Shown here piece by piece: positions 1-7,728 of a DNA stretch of 55,347 bases. A program made the position numbers and the translations under genes. The stretch comes from an uncultured Syntrophaceae bacterium (GTDB lineage: Bacteria > Desulfobacterota > Syntrophia > Syntrophales > UBA2210), in contig CAYMYS010000005.1 in NCBI GenBank assembly GCA_964394725.1, positions 1 through 55,347 of the forward strand, read 5' to 3'. Within the stretch, counting starts at the first letter, position 1, and every line of letters starts with the position of its first letter. A model generated the notes under the pieces. It was not told the DNA's origin and made no database searches. It saw nothing but the letters and a program-made list of their open reading frames with translations.

Positions 1-118
1 CGGCGATGCGCTCGTAAACGGCTTTATCGTGGCATTGCAGATCCCAGGGGCGATCGCCATTGATGCGGATATCCGCCTGGCCAAAGAGATTCTCTATCCA
101 GTCCGGCAGTTTAGACAT
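1..118 (-). CDS. cfa: Cyclopropane fatty acyl phospholipid synthase, N-terminal part (runs off the window)
   Basis: Not in the ORF track. Hand translation from ATG at 118 gives MSKLPDWIENLFGQADIRINGDRPWDLQCHDKAVYERIA, matching the Cfa N-terminal 'ING.RPWD...' pattern; GAAGGAG RBS just upstream. Confidence 0.75.
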   Translation of the reverse strand, partial: MSKLPDWIENLFGQADIRINGDRPWDLQCHDKAVYERIA

Positions 119-521
119 GTCTTCTCCTTCCATTTTATGTAAATAGACAGCTTTTGCCCAGGGTGACAGGGTGATGGTTATGTTTTCAGTTTACCGCCTG
201 GTTCCCGGCAGTAGCCCAATATATAACACCCTATCCATTGGCTACAGCCCCGCCCATCCAGTCGTCAGCACTTATTCTATATCATATTTGAGGAAAATAT
301 CATCATTTTTTCTCGGTATGGGAACTGTGTGCAAGGGTGAAATCTTTATTCTTGACTTTCCTTTGACCCCATGATGGTATTATGACCTTAAATACTTGCC
401 TTTGGCCGTCAGACGCGTATTATCTAACATAGAAGCCCTTTCTGTGATAGGTTGTAACCAGTTTCAGGTGTCGTGATCTCAATAGAAAGTAAACAGAAAG
501 TAAGCGGGAAAGGAAAAAGCG

Positions 522-1124
522 ATGGGAATCAAAGAACAGCGGTTAGTCCTTGGCGTTGACCTTGATGGCGTCTGCGCTGATTTCTATGGCAGGATGCGCG
601 AAATAGCAGCAGAGTGGTTCGAGCGCGATCCCGAGGACCTGCCGACAGAAGTCAGCTACGGGTTAGAAGAATGGGGTATTATTGATTCTAAACAGTACAA
701 TGACCTGCACCGCTTCGCTGTTACGGAACGTAATCTCTTCAAAACTGAAAAAATGATAGATGGTGCTCGAAAGTATCTCTGGATGCTTTCAAATGAAGGA
801 TATCGTATACGTATTATCACACATAGATTGTTTATCCAGCATTTCCATAAGGTTGCCGTACAGCAAACAATCGAATGGCTCGACAATCAGGGAATTCCCT
901 ACTGGGACCTCTGCTTTATGAGGGATAAAAACGAAGTCGGCGCGCACATATACATCGAGGACAACCCGGAGAATATCAACGCTATGAGGGCAGCCAACCT
1001 GCACACAATTTGCTTTGGGAACAGCACCAATGTTCACATCAGTCAACCCCGCTCTGCAACATGGAAGGGTGTCTACGAACTGGTGCACGATTTGTCGGCA
1101 ACACTCTCAATCGATGAAGGCTAA
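522..1124 (+). CDS. HAD-superfamily 5'(3')-deoxyribonucleotidase (NT5C-like)
   Basis: N-terminal GVDLDGV (DxDGV) HAD motif I; C-terminal YIEDNPEN motif; 200 aa. Confidence 0.8.
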   Translation: MGIKEQRLVLGVDLDGVCADFYGRMREIAAEWFERDPEDLPTEVSYGLEEWGIIDSKQYNDLHRFAVTERNLFKTEKMIDGARKYLWMLSNEGYRIRIITHRLFIQHFHKVAVQQTIEWLDNQGIPYWDLCFMRDKNEVGAHIYIEDNPENINAMRAANLHTICFGNSTNVHISQPRSATWKGVYELVHDLSATLSIDEG

Positions 1125-1137
1125 CGATTCCTCAAAC

Positions 1138-1163
1138 CGGGGTCAGGTCTCAACATTTGACAT
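1138..1163 (+). repeat. 26-bp dispersed repeat, copy 1 (CGGGGTCAGGTCTCAACATTTGACAT)
   Basis: Identical to 2342..2367. Confidence 0.9.
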
Positions 1164-1441
1164 GCACCACTCCGGTATTTGACATTTCTATTAGAGTGCT
1201 TAGATTACGAATGATATTCAAATGGTTGTTGATTTATTTTAAAGTAACTTATATAATTCAGCCCTTTGCAAAATAAATCAAGTAAATTTATGTAACGCCT
1301 GCCTCAAACTGTATACGAGGACTGCACGTGCGGCCATGCTTTTTATCCTGTCCGCTACCCTATTCGCGATTGAATCTGATATCACAGAAAAATTATCGCT
1401 GGAAAAGGCGATTGTTTTTTTGCAGGTTAAGGAGAAAAGAT

Positions 1442-2422
1442 ATGCTCAGTTTTTTACCTGCTCCCATACGAGGAGCAGTTTCTCTGGTCCTATACGTCGT
1501 TAATACACTTTTCTGGTGTATGCCGATTTTTTTCTTTGCCATTATCAAACTTGTTATTCCCTTGCCTGGTTTTCATACATTTACCAGCCGTCTGCAGAAT
1601 GCCTTTGCTGATTACTGGGTGGCTTGTAACAGTTTCAATATATGGCTGACAGACAAGCTTACCCTTGATGTGAGCGGAACGGACACACTGAATAAGAAAG
1701 ACTGGTATCTCGTAATAGCCAACCACCAGTCGTGGCTGGACATACTTATCTTACAGAAGGTATTTTATGGCAAGATTCCCTTTCTGAAGTTCTTCATCAA
1801 GAAGGAACTATTCTGGGTGCCCATTCTGGGACTTGCCTGGTGGGCCCTTGATATGCCCTTTATGAAGCGGTATTCGAGCCGATTCCTTGAAAAGAAACCA
1901 CACCTGAAGGGAAAAGACCTGGAAACCACGAAAAGGGCCTGTCGGAAGTTTAAAAATGTCCCTGTGTCTATAATGAATTTTGTTGAAGGGACACGATTTG
2001 CAATCGAAAAGCACCGCAAACAGCAATCGCCTTACAAGAATCTTTTGCGTCCCAAGGCAGGTGGAATTGCCTTTACCCTTGCCGCGATGGGGGAACAACT
2101 GAACCACATCCTCAATGTAACTATCGCCTACCCTGAAGGTGCCAGGGGATTTTGGAATTTTTTATGCGGAAAGGCCTATGAAGTGAAGGTACATGTTGAA
2201 TCTCTCCCTGTTAACAAAAAACTCCTGGGAGATTATTTCAGCAGCAGCATATATCGTGATAATTTTCATGCATGGCTTAATTCTATGTGGGAAGAGAAAG
2301 ACGAAAATTTGTCTAGACTCCTGTCGGGGTCAGACTCCTGTCGGGGTCAGGTCTCAACATTTGACATCTGCGCCCCCGCAGCCGGACTACAGCATAATGA
2401 ATCACTGCATTCCGGCTGCTAG
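1442..2422 (+). CDS. YihG-like acyltransferase (PlsC family)
   Basis: NHQSWLD (HxxxxD) motif, FFIKKEL and FVEGTRF motifs. Start moved from 1328 to ATG 1442 because AAGGAG lies just upstream. The C-terminal tail is altered by a 17-bp duplication. Confidence 0.85.
   Translation: MLSFLPAPIRGAVSLVLYVVNTLFWCMPIFFFAIIKLVIPLPGFHTFTSRLQNAFADYWVACNSFNIWLTDKLTLDVSGTDTLNKKDWYLVIANHQSWLDILILQKVFYGKIPFLKFFIKKELFWVPILGLAWWALDMPFMKRYSSRFLEKKPHLKGKDLETTKRACRKFKNVPVSIMNFVEGTRFAIEKHRKQQSPYKNLLRPKAGGIAFTLAAMGEQLNHILNVTIAYPEGARGFWNFLCGKAYEVKVHVESLPVNKKLLGDYFSSSIYRDNFHAWLNSMWEEKDENLSRLLSGSDSCRGQVSTFDICAPAAGLQHNESLHSGC
2315..2348 (+). repeat. 17-bp tandem duplication (AGACTCCTGTCGGGGTC x2)
   Basis: Two exact adjacent copies, 2315..2331 and 2332..2348. 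Confidence 0.92.
2342..2367 (+). repeat. 26-bp dispersed repeat, copy 2
   Basis: Identical to 1138..1163. Confidence 0.9.
2378..2419. terminator. Hairpin between convergent genes, possible terminator
   Basis: GCAGCCGGA (2378-2386) pairs with TCCGGCTGC (2411-2419); no clear U-tract. Confidence 0.35.
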
Positions 2423-2440
2423 CAGAAAGAGCTGCCGCTG

Positions 2441-3259
2441 TTAATCACCATTTACATTCATTACCGAAACATCGTATTTGACACCGACAACACTCTTAAC
2501 ATTTTTAATGACCCTCTTGAGACGGGCCATTTCTTCCTGTGTCTTCGTATAGCCCCAGACATGAGCTATGCCCCTTTCGTGAACTTCAATGTGCAGCAGA
2601 TTGATGTTGAAATTATTTCGCAGTACCTCTGCCTCTATTCTTTTAACGAGAGAGAGTTTCTCCATCGCTTCAGAAGCCTTCAATCCACACACGGCTATCT
2701 CTTCCGATCGTCCCGCTTCAATTATTATACCGGCAGCCGTTTCCGGTGACATCTTGTCACAGTTTATAATAATATCGTAGAGAGATGGACTGCTCCAATC
2801 TTCATGAAAGACGTGCCTGATATAGTCCTTGCGTTTATTGTCACTTTTTTCTATCAGTTTTTCGGCCGCCTCGCGGCTCAATCCCTGATGCTTCATCATA
2901 TCGGCTATTCTTTTTTTCTTCGATCCATAGATGTGTACATGGAGAGCACTGTCAAAATCCCTTAAGAGTTTTTGACTGCCGTGACCTATGATGACACCGT
3001 GACATCGTTTCGCCACCTCATAAATTACCGATGCCATCAAATCCAGATATAACTGAGGTTCACTTCTTATAATCCGGTCAAAAAACCCGGGGGCCTTCGT
3101 ATCAAATCCCTTCAGTTCATCTGCTTTCAGACCCATTTGAAGGGCTTCATCCCTCAGTCTCGCGTCATCATACAGTTCAAGCTCCAGTTCCTTCGCAACG
3201 ATTTGCGCAATTTCCACACCTCCGCAGCCTTTCTTCCTCGAAATCGTAATTAAAGCCAT
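2441..3259 (-). CDS. Cytidylate kinase-like family protein with a C-terminal BON-like domain
   Basis: ITISRKKGCGG N-terminus and YDIIIN motif of the Cytidylate_kin2 family. The last ~70 aa (IHIEVHERGIAHVWG..RVIKNVKSVVGV) resemble a BON domain. Confidence 0.7.
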   Translation of the reverse strand: MALITISRKKGCGGVEIAQIVAKELELELYDDARLRDEALQMGLKADELKGFDTKAPGFFDRIIRSEPQLYLDLMASVIYEVAKRCHGVIIGHGSQKLLRDFDSALHVHIYGSKKKRIADMMKHQGLSREAAEKLIEKSDNKRKDYIRHVFHEDWSSPSLYDIIINCDKMSPETAAGIIIEAGRSEEIAVCGLKASEAMEKLSLVKRIEAEVLRNNFNINLLHIEVHERGIAHVWGYTKTQEEMARLKRVIKNVKSVVGVKYDVSVMNVNGD

Positions 3260-3668
3260 TGTATTTCCTCCTCTGTTCTAGAATTTAACTCACTTCAACT
3301 GAACCTATTCAAAATGCCCTTGGCATTAATGGCATAACTATCTGTCATGTATTACTGTTTTATGATAACCTTTTATCTCTTTATGCCAAATTAATTGATC
3401 GATGTCAAGACAATTATAGTGTAGAGGAATAATTTTTGTACAACAGGAAGAAGGAAAATTGATGGTCTTTACCATTCATATGTAAGAGTTTCAACTTGAA
3501 CTGAGTGGTTGCGGGCAGATGACAACCGGTTTTGGACAGCAATAATAGTCACAATTTGCATGTACCTCATCGTAGGAACAAGACGGCATTCCATTCCAAC
3601 ATCTATGATTATCAGCGTAGTATTTTAAATGTTTTGATTGTTTCTTACAATAGATATTTTGAGACGAG

Positions 3669-4739
3669 TTAGACACTGAAGCGAATATTGAGGATATCTC
3701 CGTCTTTCACGGTGTAATCCTTTCCTTCAAGGCGAAAATGGCCGCCATCACGAACTGCCTTTTCGGAACCACATTCAATAAGATTATCATAGGAAAAACA
3801 TTCGGCACGTATAAATCCCCGTGAAAGATCTGAGTGGATTGTCCCCGCAGCCTCTACTGCCGTGTCGCCATTGTGGATTGTCCATGCCCTCACCTCGTCC
3901 GTACCAACGGTAATGAAACTGATGTAACCCAGCATTTGGTAAGCAAAACGTGTCAGACGGTTGCGTGCCGAGTCCTTGATCCCCATATCTTCCATGAAAA
4001 GTTTCACCTCTTCATAACTACTGAGGCGCGACAGTTCCATTTCAAAGCTTCCTGAAAATTCTATGATCTTGTACTTTTCCTTTAATTCTGTGATCATAGC
4101 ATCATTGCGGCCGAAATTGTCCTCACCGGAGTTGAGAATAATAAAGAGCGGTTTCTTCGTTACGAACTGAAAGCCGCTGATCAGGCGTTCTTCCTCTCTG
4201 TTCAGATCAAGATCACTGATATGGCGGTTGTTGTTTAATTCTTCCTCGATCTTCCTGAGTATTCGCTCTTCATTTTCCAGTTCAGTTGTTTTCTTACCCC
4301 TCTTGAAATTCCATTCGATACGTTCAAGCCTGTTTTCCGCGACTATCAGATCTGAGAGAATAAGTTCAGTATCCATCGTCTCTATATCTACGCGGGGTTC
4401 AGGATCTCCCATGAGATCATCGGAAAAGTTTCGAACCACCATGGCGATGGTATCCATCGTCTTTATGAGGCTCATCTGGGCAGTAGAAATACTCCCCTCA
4501 CGGGCAGATCCCTCGGAAAAACCGATAAAATCGACGAGTTCTATGGTGGCATAGATCGTCTTTTTCGGCTTGTACATACCGGAAAGGGTATTGATTCTTT
4601 CATCGCCTACATCGACGATGGCAATATTCGGTTCTGCCTTGTTGTTCGTGTATGCCGTAACCTCCGCCTCCAATTTCGTAAGCGCGTTAAAGATTGTCGT
4701 CTTGCCGGAATTTGGTAATCCCAGGAGTCCTATCTTCAT
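3669..4739 (-). CDS. ychF: YchF/Obg-like ATPase (DUF933)
   Basis: GLPNSGKTT P-loop, AGTIHSD, GFIRAE and EGKDY.V.DGD C-terminus. Start is ATG 4739 or GTG 4748. Confidence 0.88.
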   Translation of the reverse strand: MKIGLLGLPNSGKTTIFNALTKLEAEVTAYTNNKAEPNIAIVDVGDERINTLSGMYKPKKTIYATIELVDFIGFSEGSAREGSISTAQMSLIKTMDTIAMVVRNFSDDLMGDPEPRVDIETMDTELILSDLIVAENRLERIEWNFKRGKKTTELENEERILRKIEEELNNNRHISDLDLNREEERLISGFQFVTKKPLFIILNSGEDNFGRNDAMITELKEKYKIIEFSGSFEMELSRLSSYEEVKLFMEDMGIKDSARNRLTRFAYQMLGYISFITVGTDEVRAWTIHNGDTAVEAAGTIHSDLSRGFIRAECFSYDNLIECGSEKAVRDGGHFRLEGKDYTVKDGDILNIRFSV

Positions 4740-4916
4740 GTAAATCACTGTCCTTTGATTTATTCGTCTATTTTACTCAGTAAAAATAATGTTGATGCTT
4801 ACTGCAATATACTATTGAATCTAACAATGCATTGCCTAAAGTCAAGTATAGTCGATGTTTTGTGTATCAATGCTCCAAAGATAATCATATATGTTACCGG
4901 CGAATGTGCCAATCAG

Positions 4917-4963
4917 AAAAGGGTCACATCAAGCTGACTCTTGATGGCATAATGTGACCCTTT
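4917..4963 (-). terminator. Intrinsic terminator-like hairpin
   Basis: AGGGTCACAT / ATGTGACCCT arms; followed by TTTT on the minus strand. Confidence 0.5.
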
Positions 4964-4992
4964 ATTAACTACAACAGCGATTACTGATCATG

Positions 4993-5030
4993 AAAAGAGG
5001 GCCGGAAGGAAACATTCCCTTCCGGCCCTC
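4993..5030 (-). terminator. Intrinsic terminator of the symporter gene
   Basis: 13-bp perfect stem GAGGGCCGGAAGG / CCTTCCGGCCCTC, then TTTT on the minus strand, ~70 bp after the stop codon. Confidence 0.75.
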
Positions 5031-5097
5031 AACATTTGTGCCATGACGTGTAGGTTTATATATCTTTATCAGCCGATAGTAACATCAGGTCTCATTG

Positions 5098-6564
5098 TTA
5101 ACTACTATAAGATGCCTGGTGCATCTGTTCGACTAATTCGGCTGTTTCCTTCTTCGGCGGAGCGGTGAGCAGAGATCCGACAACCATGAAAATAATCGAT
5201 GCAGGCAGCGAGATCAAGATGTCTGCCAGGAAGGGAACGATCTTCATTGTGTGAACAATAAGAAAGACTGCAAACCCGCCAAAGCAACTCAGGAATCCAC
5301 CAACGTTGTTGCCGCGTTTCCACCAGATACCGAAGGCAATCGGGACGGCAAAGGCGGAACCCGTTCCTTCCACGAGGAGACCGACGATATAGCCGATACT
5401 CTTTGTCTCGAAAAGCGCCCCGACCATTGTAAGCACACCGATAATCGCGATCACGTACTTTGACAGACGAATGACGTCTTTTTCCGTCATTTCGGGCTTG
5501 AAAAATTTCTTTACGATATTCCCGGAAAACTCTACACCACAGGCAAGGAGCATCCCGCCTGTCGTCGACATGATCGCTGCAAGAATGCCTGCAACGGCAA
5601 ATCCTCTAATTATAGGGGGAAAGAGTTCATTCATAACGACAATGTATGTCCTGTCTACGTTGCCCAGTTTCGGCGCAATAATCAGACATGCACCTGCAAC
5701 ACCGATATATCCGATAAGATGGAATGCCCAGCAGAGCACAGAAGTCAATGCGACACCGCGACGTCCTGAATCGACATTCCGTGCCGTAAAATGACGCATG
5801 ATAATATGAGGTGATGAAAAGCAGAAAAATGATACTCCGAAGAACATGCCGATATAAGTCCAAATCGACAGCTTCGGACTGATCCCCAGAAAATCGGGTT
5901 TTATCGCCAGCGCCTTCGGCATCATCTCGCCTATGCCTCCGAAGTGAATTATGGCGACAATCGACAATCCCACCATGAAGCTGAACATGATAATGCCCTG
6001 CATGAAGTCGGTCCATGTTATGGAAAGCATTCCCGCCATGACCACATAGCCTACATAGACGCATCCGATCAGGACAACGGCTGACTTAAAGGGAATTCCC
6101 AGTATGTAGGAACCTGCGAGACCGCCACCGATCAACTGCGGTACGATGTAACAGGGGTATAGAATGAGAATGATGATACTGCTCGCCAGACCGGTGGAGG
6201 TTCCAAAACGCTCCGCCAGGAAGTTTGAAAGTGTGAACTTACCCCTCATTTCACTATAGCGTCGCAACGGTCCACTTACAAGGAGCATCGACCAGGCATA
6301 GCCGAAGGAGAGCGCACAGCCCACACCAATTGTAGTGAATGACCACCCCATCTTGTATGCCAGACCGAGAAACCCGAGGAAGCTTGCGGCGCTGACATTG
6401 GATGCAAACATAGCAAAGCCGTTTACCACCGAGTTGATGTTCTGCCCCGCACCCCAGTATTCCGCTTCACCTGTAGATGCCTTCTTTGAAAAGTGCACCC
6501 CAATCCATATACAAAGAGCAAAGTATAAAACAGTTATGATTAATTCTGTGACCATAATTTCCAT
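5098..6564 (-). CDS. Sodium:solute symporter family transporter (ActP/PutP-like)
   Basis: ~13 hydrophobic segments; SAASFLG, WTDFMQG and GILAAIMST motifs; AAGGAGG RBS. Confidence 0.9.
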   Translation of the reverse strand: MEIMVTELIITVLYFALCIWIGVHFSKKASTGEAEYWGAGQNINSVVNGFAMFASNVSAASFLGFLGLAYKMGWSFTTIGVGCALSFGYAWSMLLVSGPLRRYSEMRGKFTLSNFLAERFGTSTGLASSIIILILYPCYIVPQLIGGGLAGSYILGIPFKSAVVLIGCVYVGYVVMAGMLSITWTDFMQGIIMFSFMVGLSIVAIIHFGGIGEMMPKALAIKPDFLGISPKLSIWTYIGMFFGVSFFCFSSPHIIMRHFTARNVDSGRRGVALTSVLCWAFHLIGYIGVAGACLIIAPKLGNVDRTYIVVMNELFPPIIRGFAVAGILAAIMSTTGGMLLACGVEFSGNIVKKFFKPEMTEKDVIRLSKYVIAIIGVLTMVGALFETKSIGYIVGLLVEGTGSAFAVPIAFGIWWKRGNNVGGFLSCFGGFAVFLIVHTMKIVPFLADILISLPASIIFMVVGSLLTAPPKKETAELVEQMHQASYSS

Positions 6565-6582
6565 AGTTGCATCCCCTCCTTT

Positions 6583-6798
6583 TTATTTATCTTTTTCCCA
6601 TTTACGAAGCACCGGAATTGCGGCATATAAAAGTACGACGCCCGCTAAACCACCACCACCAATCAACCAGGTTACCAACGGGATCCCCAGCCACTCCGCC
6701 TTCGAAGCGAAGGCAAAAAACGAAAGAATCGCATAACCCATCACTATAATAAACAAATAAAGTCCGGGATTCTTCAGTGATGCAAATTCCTTTTTCAT
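6583..6798 (-). CDS. Small two-TM membrane protein preceding the symporter (YjcH/DUF485-like position)
   Basis: 71 aa, two hydrophobic helices, AAGGAG RBS, 18 bp upstream of the symporter start. Confidence 0.7.
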   Translation of the reverse strand: MKKEFASLKNPGLYLFIIVMGYAILSFFAFASKAEWLGIPLVTWLIGGGGLAGVVLLYAAIPVLRKWEKDK

Positions 6799-7008
6799 AA
6801 AACACTCCTTTCCCTGTTAATGAATAGATTTTCAAACCTGCTGTCATGGCATACCCGGAAACGCCTCTGTCTCCTGCTTCCAGCGCGGCATACTAAATAC
6901 AAAATACGCATTTTTACAATCGGGTTACGTCTCTTTTTTGTTTAGGATTACGCATCCCTCATATATGGGAATATATGAATATTAGACGTAACGATTCAGG
7001 AAATACTT

Positions 7009-7027
7009 CATAGGACTATGTCCTATG
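7009..7027. promoter_or_regulatory. Perfect inverted repeat CATAGGAC-TAT-GTCCTATG, candidate regulator site
   Basis: 8-3-8 palindrome between the response regulator stop and the transporter operon start. Confidence 0.5.
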
Positions 7028-7080
7028 CTTCCAGAGGGAAATCAAACACAGTGATGAGATAAGGGAGTAATGGCGGGATG

Positions 7081-7728
7081 TTAACCGATTAATTTGTTCT
7101 GAATAGCGTAAAGCGTTATCCCGGCGTTGTTCTTCATTTTCATCTTTTCCAGGATATTATTTCGGTAGGTGCTGATGGTCTTGACGGAAAGAGACAGCTC
7201 ACCCGCAATCTCAGTGACTGTTTTTCCCAATGCGATCATCAGCATAACCTGGTATTCACGATCTGAAAGTGTTTCATGGGGGAGCTTGTCTGTGTACTTA
7301 TCGAGATAATAGGTCAATTTTTCCGCAAGAGAGTGACTTACGTATCTGCCGCCTTTGGCAACTTTACGAATAGCCGCAATAAGTTCATGAGGTGCACTCG
7401 ACTTTGTCAGATATCCCGATGCGCCTGCGCGAAATGCCCTCACTGCATATTGTTCTTCTGGATATATACTTACAATTAATACAGGCACTTGTGTGTGTTT
7501 GACCTTTAATTCCTTTAATATCTCCAGACCGTCTCTGCCGGGCATGGAAATGTCGAGCAGCATGATATCGTATGTGTTCTTTTCCACCAAATCGAGCACC
7601 TCTTGACCATTACTCGCTTCATCGGAAATCACCATGTCGTATTCATCGGAGAGCGTTTTTTTAAATCCCTCTCGGACAATGGGATGATCGTCGGCTAACA
7701 GGATATTTATCTTCTTAATCTTCTTCAT
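7081..7728 (-). CDS. NarL/FixJ-family response regulator (REC + LuxR HTH)
   Basis: LADDHP, LLDISMP, GYLTK and LSDREYQV..SVKTISTY motifs. Confidence 0.93.
   Translation of the reverse strand: MKKIKKINILLADDHPIVREGFKKTLSDEYDMVISDEASNGQEVLDLVEKNTYDIMLLDISMPGRDGLEILKELKVKHTQVPVLIVSIYPEEQYAVRAFRAGASGYLTKSSAPHELIAAIRKVAKGGRYVSHSLAEKLTYYLDKYTDKLPHETLSDREYQVMLMIALGKTVTEIAGELSLSVKTISTYRNNILEKMKMKNNAGITLYAIQNKLIG

Noticed and set aside
171-374. 67-aa ORF on +
   Set aside because: No motif or RBS; it lies in the divergent promoter region and crosses a repeat.
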